A stretch of DNA of 64,000 nucleotides, taken from the NCBI GenBank assembly GCA_965204695.1, contig OZ242007.1:451859-515858 (forward strand). The letters are read 5' to 3'. The notes below the pieces were generated by a model. That model ran no database searches, was not told the origin of the DNA, and worked only from the letters and a program-made list of their open reading frames with translations. How positions within the stretch are numbered: position 1 is the stretch's first letter; each line of letters starts with the position of its first letter. A program made the translations under genes and the position numbers. The DNA is from Arenicellales bacterium (GTDB lineage: Bacteria > Pseudomonadota > Gammaproteobacteria > Arenicellales > JAHEKD01). Shown here in pieces: positions 36,572 through 46,449 of this stretch.

Positions 36572-39481
36572 ATGTCCGATTCCAGACCCAGTTTATTTGA
36601 TCTTGAAATGCACCAGGATTTTCACCGACGCCACATTGGGCCAGATGAAACTGAAACGGCGCAAATGCTTGCAACCGTTGGTGCGCAGTCAGTTGAACAG
36701 TTAATTGATCAAACCATTCCAGCAAATATCCGCTTAACGGAAGAAATTAACATTGATCCACCAATGAGTGAACGTCGTACTATTTCTTACGTTCGCAAAA
36801 TGAAGGATCGTAATAAAGTTTTTATTTCTATGATCGGAATGGGCTATTACGGCACCGTCACTCCGAACGTAATTAAACGTGTAGTTCTGGAAAATCCTAG
36901 CTGGTATACGGCCTATACGCCCTATCAAGCTGAAGTCAGCCAGGGTCGTTTGGAAGTTTTATTGAATTTCCAGCAAATGATTATGGACATGACCGGCATG
37001 GAAATTGCTAATGCTTCTTTGCTGGATGAAGCAACTGCTGCTGCTGAAGCTATGATCATGGCTAAACGAGTTGCTAAAAACAAATCGAATACTTTCTTTG
37101 TTTCTGATCGCTGCCACCCACAAACAATCGCTGTCATTCAAACTCGTGCTAATACTATGGGTGTGGATGTGGTAGTTGGTGACGTGCATTCCGAACTCTC
37201 TAGTCATGATTATTTTGCCGTTATTGTTCAATACCCAGATACCTATGGCTCAGTTGACGACTTTTCTAACATCGTTACTCAGGCCCACGATAAGCAGTCA
37301 CTTGTTATTGTAGCCAGTGATTTATTAGCGTTAGCGATGTTAACCCCTCCGGGCGAATGGGGAGCCGATATCGTAGTGGGTAACTCTCAACGATTTGGTG
37401 TGCCGATGGGTTATGGTGGTCCACACGCTGCTTTTTATGCCACTCGTGAAGCTTACAAACGATCAGTACCTGGAAGAATTATCGGGGTTTCTGTTGATGC
37501 ACAAGGCAAACCTGCCCTGCGTATGGCGCTACAAACTCGTGAGCAACATATTAGACGTGATAAAGCAACCAGTAACATTTGTACCGCGCAAGTTTTATTA
37601 GCAATTATCGCGGCACTTTACGCCTGCTACAACGGTCCAGATGGCATCAAAACGATAGCTCGTCGTGTTCATCGTAAAACACGAATTCTTGCCGAAGGAC
37701 TAGAGAAACTCGGATACAGAATCACCAATGACTCTCATTTTGATACCTTATGTGTTCACACACCAGGTATCGCCTGGCGGCTTGCGGCTAAAGCACGAGA
37801 GTCGCGCATTAATGTTAGAGTGATCGATAGCGATTATATTGGTCTAGCGCTTGACGAAACGACTCGCAGACGAAATATCGAAGCAATATGGAAAGTTTTT
37901 GATACTAAAGCCTTAACAAAAATCAGTATCACAGAGCTTGATGATGTTGTTTTAACTTCTATTCCGGAAAATCTACAGCGGAAAAGCGATTTTTTAACCC
38001 ATCCAGTATTTAATAAATATCACTCCGAAACTGAGATGCTGCGTTATTTAAAACGTCTTGCAAATAAGGATATTGCACTAGACCGCTCGATGATCCCATT
38101 GGGTTCTTGCACAATGAAGCTCAATGCAACGACTGAAATGATTCCGATTACGTTTCGAAACTTTGCGGCGATCCATCCTTTCGCGCCTTTAGACCAAACC
38201 CAAGGTTATCAGCAGCTTTTTGAAGAATTGGAAAATATGTTGTGTGAATTGACGGGTTTTGATCGTGTTTCCTTACAACCAAATGCCGGCTCACAAGGTG
38301 AATACACAGGTTTGCTCTGCATTCGAAAATATCATGAAACACGTGGCGATGGACATCGAAACATCTGCTTAATCCCACAGTCGTCACACGGAACAAACCC
38401 TGCCAGTGCAGTAATGGCTGGCTTCAAGGTTTTAGTCGTTAAATCAGATGAAAATGGTAACGTTGATGTCGCTGACCTAAAGGCAAAAGCCAAAGAGCAT
38501 AAAGATGATCTAGCGGCTTTGATGATCACCTATCCATCAACTCACGGAGTATTTGAACAGGACATCGTTGAGATTTGCCAAACCATTCATGACAACGGTG
38601 GCCAGGTATACATGGATGGTGCTAACTTGAATGCGATGGTTGGTTTATGTAAGCCAGGACAATTCGGTGCAGATGTTATGCATATGAACTTGCATAAAAC
38701 TTTTTGCATCCCTCATGGCGGAGGCGGCCCTGGAATGGGACCCATAGGTGTTGGTCGTCATTTAGCACCCTTCTTGCCAAACCACGTCGCCGTTGAAGGT
38801 GTTAATCCAGATGCAACCCCTGATTCTTCAGTTGGCACTGTAGCGGCTGCTCCCTGGAGTTCTGCCAGTATCCTACCGATTTCATGGGCTTACATAGCAT
38901 TGATGGGTGCGGAAGGTTTAAAAAAGGCGACCCAACAGGCGATTTTAAACGCTAACTATATCGCTGCTCGACTTAACCCACATTTCCCGGTTTTATATAC
39001 TGGCAAGAATGGTCGTGTTGCTCATGAATGCATCATTGACCTTCGAGGTATCAAAGAAGAAACTGGGATTTCTGTAGATGACGTTGCTAAACGCTTGGTG
39101 GATTTTGGCTTCCATGCCCCAACCATGTCATTTCCGGTTGTCGATACACTTATGGTTGAGCCAACTGAGAGCGAAAACAAAGCGGAGATTGATCGCTTTT
39201 GTGATGCCATGATTCACATTCGCCAGGAAATTGCTGAAGTTGAAAACGGTAATACTGATGCGAAGAACAATGTTCTTACTAACGCTCCTCATACTGAAGA
39301 GTTGTTGATTGCAGAGACTTGGGACAAGCCTTATAGTAAAGAAATCGCATTCTTTCCATTAGCATGGGTTAAAGACTACAAATACTGGCCCCCTGTTGCC
39401 AGGGTAGATAATGTCTATGGTGATCGTAACCTGGTGTGTGCTTGCCCACCCATGGAAGATTACATGGATGAAGCAGCCTAG
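36572..39481 (+). CDS. gcvP: Glycine dehydrogenase (decarboxylating), single-chain P protein
   Basis: It is 969 aa, has the PLP-lysine context '[16 protein letters not shown]' and lies in the gcvTHP order. Confidence 0.95.
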   Translation: MSDSRPSLFDLEMHQDFHRRHIGPDETETAQMLATVGAQSVEQLIDQTIPANIRLTEEINIDPPMSERRTISYVRKMKDRNKVFISMIGMGYYGTVTPNVIKRVVLENPSWYTAYTPYQAEVSQGRLEVLLNFQQMIMDMTGMEIANASLLDEATAAAEAMIMAKRVAKNKSNTFFVSDRCHPQTIAVIQTRANTMGVDVVVGDVHSELSSHDYFAVIVQYPDTYGSVDDFSNIVTQAHDKQSLVIVASDLLALAMLTPPGEWGADIVVGNSQRFGVPMGYGGPHAAFYATREAYKRSVPGRIIGVSVDAQGKPALRMALQTREQHIRRDKATSNICTAQVLLAIIAALYACYNGPDGIKTIARRVHRKTRILAEGLEKLGYRITNDSHFDTLCVHTPGIAWRLAAKARESRINVRVIDSDYIGLALDETTRRRNIEAIWKVFDTKALTKISITELDDVVLTSIPENLQRKSDFLTHPVFNKYHSETEMLRYLKRLANKDIALDRSMIPLGSCTMKLNATTEMIPITFRNFAAIHPFAPLDQTQGYQQLFEELENMLCELTGFDRVSLQPNAGSQGEYTGLLCIRKYHETRGDGHRNICLIPQSSHGTNPASAVMAGFKVLVVKSDENGNVDVADLKAKAKEHKDDLAALMITYPSTHGVFEQDIVEICQTIHDNGGQVYMDGANLNAMVGLCKPGQFGADVMHMNLHKTFCIPHGGGGPGMGPIGVGRHLAPFLPNHVAVEGVNPDATPDSSVGTVAAAPWSSASILPISWAYIALMGAEGLKKATQQAILNANYIAARLNPHFPVLYTGKNGRVAHECIIDLRGIKEETGISVDDVAKRLVDFGFHAPTMSFPVVDTLMVEPTESENKAEIDRFCDAMIHIRQEIAEVENGNTDAKNNVLTNAPHTEELLIAETWDKPYSKEIAFFPLAWVKDYKYWPPVARVDNVYGDRNLVCACPPMEDYMDEAA

Positions 39482-39509
39482 TTTGTAATTAGTCAGATAT
39501 AATGCGTTT

Positions 39510-40484
39510 ATGACAGACACATCTACAAAACGTCGCCGACCCATTGAATATGGCACTAAGTTCAGAGGTGAAGATAAGGTCGCCAAAATCCCAGTCAAAA
39601 TCACCCCGACTACGGCTGAAACACGTTTGCGCAAACCCAAGTGGATTCGTGCTCAGTTTTCTGGCACTGCTGAAGTTCAACGCTTAAAAAAGATTCTCAG
39701 AGAGAACAAGTTACATACTGTATGTGAGGAAGCCAGTTGCCCAAACCTGGGCGAATGTTTCGGTCACGGTACCGCTACATTCATGATTATGGGTGACATT
39801 TGTACCCGTCGCTGTCCATTCTGTGATGTCGGACATGGCCGACCAAACCCATTGGATAAAGACGAACCCTTTAATCTTGCCAAAACAGTTAAAGCAATGG
39901 GGCTCAAGTACGTCGTCATCACATCTGTTGACCGTGATGATTTGCGTGATGGTGGGGCTAACCATTTTGTTGAATGTATTAATCATGTGCGAGAGCAATC
40001 TCCTAATACTAAGATTGAGACTCTAGTCCCTGATTTCAGAGGGCGAATGGATGTCGCGGTCGAAATCATGGACAAAGCGCCGCCCGATGTATTCAATCAT
40101 AATTTAGAAACCGTCCCCCGCTTATATCGCGCTGCCAGGCCTGGTTCTGATTACCTTCATTCATTGACTTTGCTCAAGACATTTAAACAGCATCATCCAG
40201 ATGTACCTACAAAATCCGGCCTCATGGTTGGACTGGGTGAAGCCAATGACGAAATCTTAGAGGTTATGCAGGATCTGCGTGATCACAACGTTGATATGTT
40301 AACTATCGGTCAATATTTGCAGCCTTCACGTTTTCACTTGCCAGTTAAGCGTTATGTCACGCCGCAGGAGTTTGATGATTTCGCAGATCAGGGTTATCCC
40401 ATGGGCTTTTCACATATCGCTTCAGGGCCAATGGTTAGATCGTCTTATCATGCTGACTTACAAGCTAAAGAGCTAGTCGAATAA
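39510..40484 (+). CDS. lipA: Lipoyl synthase
   Basis: The radical-SAM motif '[10 protein letters not shown]' and the auxiliary cluster motif '[12 protein letters not shown]' are both present. Confidence 0.95.
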   Translation: MTDTSTKRRRPIEYGTKFRGEDKVAKIPVKITPTTAETRLRKPKWIRAQFSGTAEVQRLKKILRENKLHTVCEEASCPNLGECFGHGTATFMIMGDICTRRCPFCDVGHGRPNPLDKDEPFNLAKTVKAMGLKYVVITSVDRDDLRDGGANHFVECINHVREQSPNTKIETLVPDFRGRMDVAVEIMDKAPPDVFNHNLETVPRLYRAARPGSDYLHSLTLLKTFKQHHPDVPTKSGLMVGLGEANDEILEVMQDLRDHNVDMLTIGQYLQPSRFHLPVKRYVTPQEFDDFADQGYPMGFSHIASGPMVRSSYHADLQAKELVE

Positions 40485-40511
40485 CAAGCTTCCTGACTAT
40501 AATCGCTCAAC

Positions 40512-41699
40512 ATGAGCGAAAAGCCTAAAGTTTTAATAGTCGCTACCCATCCTGTCCAATATCAGGCACCTTGGTTTCGTCATTTAGAAAAGGAAATAGA
40601 AGGCTATGATTTTGAAGTCTTATACTTGACGATTCCAGATGCTGAACAACAAGGCGTAGGGTTTGGACAATCCTTTACATGGGATATCCCATTACTTGAA
40701 GGATACCGATGGACTAAAGTAGATGAAGAATTTTTATCAGGTGCTGGCAGTCTCGATAAATTCTCATCGATCAAACTAAACAATACTTCAAAGTTACTAA
40801 AGCAACTAAAACCTGATGTAGTATTCCTTACTGGCTGGCAAAGCTTTGCCCTGTTGCAGCTATTATTCGCCTGTAATCGGGCTAAGATTCCAACATTAAT
40901 CCGGGGTGACAGCAATAATCTAAAGCCACGCAAGGCAACAACCAAGCTAGTACACAAGTTACTACTGAATCGTTATGATAAATTCCTTGCAGTTGGGCGG
41001 GCTAACAAAGAATTTTATTTGGAAAATAATGTTAATGCGTCTGACATTTATTTTTGCCCACATTTCATCGACAACGACTTTTTTAGCGAACATGCAACAA
41101 TGGCCCGGCTTGATCGCAAAGAGCTTAGACAGAAATATAATATTCAGGAACAGGCATTTTGCTTTTGTTATGTTGGAAAACTAAATCCCAAAAAGCGAAT
41201 CATGGATGTTCTACAAGCTTTTTATGAATTTGATAGCAATAATTCTTACCTCCTGGTTGTTGGTGATGGCGAATTAATACAACAGGCAAAAGAGTTCGTA
41301 AATACAAACAAACTTAATGTGTCATTTACAGGCTTCTTAAACCAAACCGAAATTTGTAATGCTTATTCGGTTTCAGATTGTTTAGTCCTCGCATCCGACT
41401 TTGATGAGACATGGGGACTAGTCGTTAATGAAGCAATGGCTTGCGGTTTACCTGCTATTGTCAGCAATCATTGTGGCTGCCATCAAGATTTAATTATCAA
41501 CGGAAAAACCGGCTATGTATTTGAGTTTGCCAACATTAATGATCTAGCCAATAAAATGAATTCGATGTTGAATCTCAACCATCAAATCTATTGTCAAATG
41601 AGTAAACAAGCTCAATCACATGTCATCAATAATTATTCAATCGATAAGGCTACTGGTGGTTTATTAGAAGTATTAGACAGTTGTTTTAGCAACGATTAG
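40512..41699 (+). CDS. Glycosyltransferase, GT4 (GT-B fold) family
   Basis: The C-terminal 'ETWGLVVNEAMACGLPAIVS' is an EX7E-type motif. Confidence 0.75.
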   Translation: MSEKPKVLIVATHPVQYQAPWFRHLEKEIEGYDFEVLYLTIPDAEQQGVGFGQSFTWDIPLLEGYRWTKVDEEFLSGAGSLDKFSSIKLNNTSKLLKQLKPDVVFLTGWQSFALLQLLFACNRAKIPTLIRGDSNNLKPRKATTKLVHKLLLNRYDKFLAVGRANKEFYLENNVNASDIYFCPHFIDNDFFSEHATMARLDRKELRQKYNIQEQAFCFCYVGKLNPKKRIMDVLQAFYEFDSNNSYLLVVGDGELIQQAKEFVNTNKLNVSFTGFLNQTEICNAYSVSDCLVLASDFDETWGLVVNEAMACGLPAIVSNHCGCHQDLIINGKTGYVFEFANINDLANKMNSMLNLNHQIYCQMSKQAQSHVINNYSIDKATGGLLEVLDSCFSND

Positions 41700-42001
41700 G
41701 CGCATTTCTCAAACAAAAGCAAAAATATTTTATTTCGTTTTTCACATAATAAATTACATTTGGTATTAAAATTAACTACTTGTTTTAAATGGATAATTTT
41801 ATGTTGCTAAAATTTAGTAATTGCCATGTATCCAAGCACCTTGCTGACAATATTAACTAAATATAAGGTTAGAGATTGTAATAATTAAGTCATTTTGTTT
41901 TATAATCCTTAGTCTTTTTTCTAGTCGCCATGAATTCACATTCTTGGCAACTTAAGAAAACAGGGGAACAAACTATTAACTTAATATATGGAGATCACTC
42001 T

Positions 42002-43024
42002 ATGAAACTGCTTAAAATAGCAGCTTATACAACTGCTTTATTCTCATTAACTGCTATGAATGCTCAAGCAGGCACGCTTGAAGATGTTCAAGCGCGTGGT
42101 GAGCTAAACTGCATCGTATCTACTGGACTTGCCGGTTTTGCCGCACCAAATGAAGACGGTCGCTGGGAAGGTTTAGACATTGATTTTTGTCGTGCCTTTG
42201 CCGCTGCTGTGGTAGGTGACGGTGAAAAAGTGAACTTTGTACCCACTACTACAAAAAATCGATTTACAGTACTGAACTCGGGTGAAGGTGACATCATGTT
42301 TCGTAACACAACGGAAACAATGAGTCGTGATGCAGACCTTAAACTAACTTTCTTACCCGTTAACTATTATGATGGTCAAGGCTTTATGATTCGTAGTGAA
42401 CTTGGTATCGAATCAGCCAAAGATTTAGACGGTGCTTCAGTCTGTATCCAAACAGGCACTACAACTGAACTAAATCTTGCTGATTTCTTCCGCACTAACG
42501 GTATCAGTTATGAGCCGGTTGCTATTGAAACTAACGAAGAAGGCATCGCTAATTATAGCGGCAACCGTTGTGATGTTTACACGACTGACGCTTCTGCTCT
42601 GGCTTCCACTCGTGCGGCATTAGAAGATCCGTCTGCACATATCATTCTTCCTGAGATTATTTCCAAAGAACCACTTGGTGGTGCTGTTCGTCATGGTGAT
42701 GATCAATGGTCTGATATCGGCAAATGGGTTGTAAATGCAATCATTGCAGCTGAGGAACTTGGTATTAACCAAGGAAATGTTGAAGAACTTGCAAGCGCTG
42801 CTGGTGATAACCCAAGTATCAACCGCCTGTTGGGCACTGAAAGCAATATGGGTGAAATGATAGGGCTTGACAATCAGTGGGCCGTGCGAGCAATTAAAGC
42901 TGTAGGTAATTATGCAGAAATCTTCGATAGAAATATTGGACCAGAAACTGCGATTGGCCTTGAGCGAGGTTTGAACGCACAATGGACTGACGGCGGCATT
43001 TTATATGCTGCACCAATCCGCTAA
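42002..43024 (+). CDS. aapJ: General L-amino-acid ABC transporter substrate-binding protein (AapJ-like)
   Basis: The signal peptide is MKLLKIAAYTTALFSLTAMNAQA. It is followed by two long permeases and an ATPase, the aapJQMP order. I chose the ATG at 42002. Confidence 0.75.
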   Translation: MKLLKIAAYTTALFSLTAMNAQAGTLEDVQARGELNCIVSTGLAGFAAPNEDGRWEGLDIDFCRAFAAAVVGDGEKVNFVPTTTKNRFTVLNSGEGDIMFRNTTETMSRDADLKLTFLPVNYYDGQGFMIRSELGIESAKDLDGASVCIQTGTTTELNLADFFRTNGISYEPVAIETNEEGIANYSGNRCDVYTTDASALASTRAALEDPSAHIILPEIISKEPLGGAVRHGDDQWSDIGKWVVNAIIAAEELGINQGNVEELASAAGDNPSINRLLGTESNMGEMIGLDNQWAVRAIKAVGNYAEIFDRNIGPETAIGLERGLNAQWTDGGILYAAPIR

Positions 43025-43035
43025 GGATTATTAAC

Positions 43036-43066
43036 TAAGGGGCGCAACTTGCGCCCCTTAGCTTTT
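43036..43066 (+). terminator. Intra-operon hairpin (attenuator or terminator) between the SBP and permease genes
   Basis: TAAGGGGCGC-AACTT-GCGCCCCTTA forms a perfect 10-bp stem and is followed by GCTTTT. Confidence 0.7.
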
Positions 43067-43112
43067 AGTCACCTGGACTTTTCCACAAACAGACACAGAG
43101 AGGAGCCTTCGT

Positions 43113-44306
43113 ATGAGTGAAGCCGCGGTTCAGCAGCCAAGTAGCGGCAGCATAATGCAATTATGGAACAACAAGGAATCCAGATCGGTTATTGTTCAAA
43201 TCATTGCTGTTGCTATTTTCTTCGCCTTGGTATTCTATATGGCACGCAATGCCATCGTAAATCTAGAAACTCTGGGCAAAGATATTAGTTTAGATTTTTT
43301 GGGTCAAACTTCGAGTTATGATATCAGCCAGCATCTGATTGAATACAGTTCTACGTCAACACACTTCCGGGCAATGCTAGTCGGTATTATTAATACCTTA
43401 TTAGTGGCTTTTTGCGGCATTATTCTCGCAACCATTCTGGGCTTTTTACTAGGTGTTTTCCGCTTATCTAAAAACTGGCTAACCAATAAACTGGCTTATG
43501 TCTATATTGAATATGTACGTAACGTTCCTGTTTTGTTACATATTTTAATGGTACATGGTGTTATTATTCATTCGCTTCCCGTACCTAAAAATGCTATCTC
43601 TGTCGGCGATGGTGCCTTTTTAACCAATCGCGGCTTTTTTGTGCCAAAACCATTATTTGAACCTATGTTCTGGATAGTTTTCGGATTATTTGTCATAGGT
43701 ATACTCTTTACAATATGGTTTCGTCGCTATGCTAAAAATGTCCAGGATCAAACAGGTAAACAATATCCTGTCTTTTGGATAAGTTTAGCGGCAATCATTG
43801 GCGTGCCTGCTCTTGCTTTTTTGATCCTGGGCATGCCCATTACCTGGGATGTGCCAGAATTGAAAGGCTTCAACTATAAAGGTGGAATGGTTTTAAGGCC
43901 GGAATTTATTGCTTTATGGCTAGCATTGTCACTGTATACCGCTGCCTTTATCGGTGAAATCGTTAGGGCAGGAATTACCGCTGTCAACTGGGGCCAAACA
44001 GAAGCTGCCTCAGCATTAGGTTTAACTCGCAGCCGTACGTTAAATCTTGTTGTAATTCCTCAAGCACTCAGAATCATCATACCGCCTTTGACCAGTCAAT
44101 ACCTGAATTTAACTAAGAACTCTTCTTTAGCTATTGCAGTCGGATACATGGATATAGTGGCAACTGTTGGCGGAGTCACTTTAAATCAGACTGGACGAGA
44201 GATGGAATGTATGACGATTGTTTTACTGCTTTATCTGACATTTTCGTTAATCATCTCGACGTTTATGAACTGGTATAACAAACGTATAAAACTGGTCGAA
44301 CGGTAG
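43113..44306 (+). CDS. aapQ: Amino-acid ABC transporter permease (AapQ-like)
   Basis: It is a 397-aa polytopic protein with the EAA-loop-type motif 'QTEAASALGLTRSRTLNLVVIPQALR'. Confidence 0.8.
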   Translation: MSEAAVQQPSSGSIMQLWNNKESRSVIVQIIAVAIFFALVFYMARNAIVNLETLGKDISLDFLGQTSSYDISQHLIEYSSTSTHFRAMLVGIINTLLVAFCGIILATILGFLLGVFRLSKNWLTNKLAYVYIEYVRNVPVLLHILMVHGVIIHSLPVPKNAISVGDGAFLTNRGFFVPKPLFEPMFWIVFGLFVIGILFTIWFRRYAKNVQDQTGKQYPVFWISLAAIIGVPALAFLILGMPITWDVPELKGFNYKGGMVLRPEFIALWLALSLYTAAFIGEIVRAGITAVNWGQTEAASALGLTRSRTLNLVVIPQALRIIIPPLTSQYLNLTKNSSLAIAVGYMDIVATVGGVTLNQTGREMECMTIVLLLYLTFSLIISTFMNWYNKRIKLVER

Positions 44307-44317
44307 GAGGAAAAACA

Positions 44318-45433
44318 ATGACTGATACAGTGCAAAATTATAAAGTTGGTGAACATCCTTCACTACCCCCCCCATCTAATACTGTCGGACCAATTGCTTG
44401 GATACGGGACAATCTGTTTTCATCTCCAACGAATATAGTGTTAACCCTAGTATGCGCATGGCTGCTATATAAAATTGTTCCAGGTTCATTAAACTGGCTA
44501 TTTTTTGACGCAGCTTTTACTGGAGAAGATCGCAATGCCTGTAAGGCTGTTGCCGATGGAGCATGCTGGGCCTTTATTGGAGAACGCTTAGCATTATTTA
44601 CCTATGGTTTTTATCCGGCTGAGCAACGATGGCGCGTTAACCTTTCTTTTATATTATTATTACTTGCCATTGTCCCGGTTCTATTCGATAACATTCCTTT
44701 TAGAAAGTACGGCTTGATTTACGCCGCCCTATTCCCATTTATTGCAGGTTGGTTATTGATTGGTGGTTTTGGATTGGAACCGGTACCAACGAGTGAATTT
44801 GGTGGCCTGATGCTGACATTAGTCATAGGTGTTACCGGCATTGCTTTTTCTTTTCCAATCGGGATCTTGCTGGCCTTGGGCCGAATCTCAAATTTGCCTT
44901 TAATTAAAATGTTTTGTGTCGGCTTTATTGAGTTTATTCGGGGCGTGCCATTAATCACATTACTGTTCATTGCTTCGACAATGTTAAGTTATTTTTTACC
45001 ACCAGGATCAAGTTTTGACTTGCTACTGCGGGTGTTGATTATGGTGACAATCTTCGCTGCTGCCTATATGGCCGAAGTCATACGCGGTGGTTTACAGGCT
45101 ATACCCAAGGGTCAGTTTGAAGGCGCTGATTCATTAGGCCTTAAATATTGGCAAACTATGCGTTTGATAATACTCCCACAGGCATTAAAGATTTCCATCC
45201 CCGGCATTGTTAATACATTTATTGGATTATTTAAGGATACAACACTTGTTGTTATCATTGGATTACTAGATCCATTGGGCATTGGCCGAGCGTCTTTAGC
45301 AGATACTAAGTGGACAGGCCTTTCTACCGAAGTTTATTTATTTATTGCGTTGTTCTTTTTTATCTCCTGCTTTGCGATGTCACGCTATTCATTATACCTG
45401 GAGAAAAAACTGGACACCGGACACAAAAGATAA
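44318..45433 (+). CDS. aapM: Amino-acid ABC transporter permease (AapM-like)
   Basis: It is 371 aa, with the motif '[26 protein letters not shown]'. Confidence 0.8.
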   Translation: MTDTVQNYKVGEHPSLPPPSNTVGPIAWIRDNLFSSPTNIVLTLVCAWLLYKIVPGSLNWLFFDAAFTGEDRNACKAVADGACWAFIGERLALFTYGFYPAEQRWRVNLSFILLLLAIVPVLFDNIPFRKYGLIYAALFPFIAGWLLIGGFGLEPVPTSEFGGLMLTLVIGVTGIAFSFPIGILLALGRISNLPLIKMFCVGFIEFIRGVPLITLLFIASTMLSYFLPPGSSFDLLLRVLIMVTIFAAAYMAEVIRGGLQAIPKGQFEGADSLGLKYWQTMRLIILPQALKISIPGIVNTFIGLFKDTTLVVIIGLLDPLGIGRASLADTKWTGLSTEVYLFIALFFFISCFAMSRYSLYLEKKLDTGHKR

Positions 45434-45443
45434 GGAAAAAATC

Positions 45444-46229
45444 ATGACTGAGCAAGCAGAAAACGTTAATCAAGCATCTACACAGCCAAGTGACGAAGTT
45501 GTTATTGAAATTAAGAACATGCATAAATGGTATGGCGATTTCCATGTGCTGCGAGATATCAATCTTGAAGTAACCCGAGGCGAGAAAATCGTCATATGCG
45601 GTCCCTCTGGTTCCGGTAAGTCCACCGTTATTCGATGCATCAACCGCCTTGAAGAACATCAGCAAGGGCATATCATCGTTGACGGAATCGAACTGACCAA
45701 TGACCTAAAAAACATTGAACAGGTTCGACGTGAGGTCGGCATGTGCTTCCAGCACTTCAACCTGTTTCCGCATTTAACCGTAATGGAAAATTGCACACTT
45801 GCACCAATCTGGGTACGAAAAACGCCTAAGGCAGAAGCAGAAGCCACTGCGATGGAATACTTAGAGCGTGTCAAAATTCCTGATCAGGCTAACAAGTTTC
45901 CAGGACAACTGTCAGGCGGACAACAACAACGTGTTGCTATTGCCAGAAGCCTATGCATGAAACCAAAAATCATGTTGTTCGATGAGCCGACATCTGCGCT
46001 TGACCCCGAAATGATCAAGGAAGTGTTGGACACCATGATCCAGCTTGCTGAAGAAGGCATGACCATGCTTTGTGTAACTCATGAAATGGGATTTGCCAAA
46101 ACAGTTGCTAATCGGGTTATTTTCATGGATGCAGGACAAATCATTGAAGAAAATGAGCCAGAAGAATTCTTTAATAATCCTCAAAATGAACGTACCCAAT
46201 TATTCCTAAGCCAGATACTGGCTCATTAA
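45444..46229 (+). CDS. aapP: Amino-acid ABC transporter ATP-binding protein (AapP/GlnQ-like)
   Basis: Walker A 'GPSGSGKST', '[13 protein letters not shown]' and '[11 protein letters not shown]' are present. I chose the ATG at 45444; the ORF-track start at 45345 overlaps aapM. Confidence 0.9.
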   Translation: MTEQAENVNQASTQPSDEVVIEIKNMHKWYGDFHVLRDINLEVTRGEKIVICGPSGSGKSTVIRCINRLEEHQQGHIIVDGIELTNDLKNIEQVRREVGMCFQHFNLFPHLTVMENCTLAPIWVRKTPKAEAEATAMEYLERVKIPDQANKFPGQLSGGQQQRVAIARSLCMKPKIMLFDEPTSALDPEMIKEVLDTMIQLAEEGMTMLCVTHEMGFAKTVANRVIFMDAGQIIEENEPEEFFNNPQNERTQLFLSQILAH

Positions 46230-46449
46230 TTAACCCACACATACCCACTAGTGATACCAACTAGTGGGTCAATTAAATGGCTATAACATAGCCATCTCGC
46301 TTTAGCATTCTCATTTTTTTTAATTTTCAAGCTTAATTCGAGCACGCACTTTTAAAACAAATTCCCCGTGTAACTATCTATACTCTCAGACAAAGAATGA
46401 TTATACTGCCTATACCTACGCAGCTTATAAAATTCAATGGGAAAATATA

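Noticed and set aside
36516-39680. Numerous 60-95-aa ORFs overlapping or antisense to gcvP. The same occurs inside fhs (55923-56885), asd (58993-59511), aapP, the A-T-permease, btuB and the 1017-aa fusion.
   Set aside because: All of them lie within long, motif-verified genes on the other strand or in another frame. They have no independent support.
46244-46268. The hairpin CCCACTAGT-GATACCA-ACTAGTGGG after aapP as a terminator.
   Set aside because: The stem is perfect over 9 bp, but no T-run follows. It may be a weak or Rho-assisted stop, so I did not list it as a feature.
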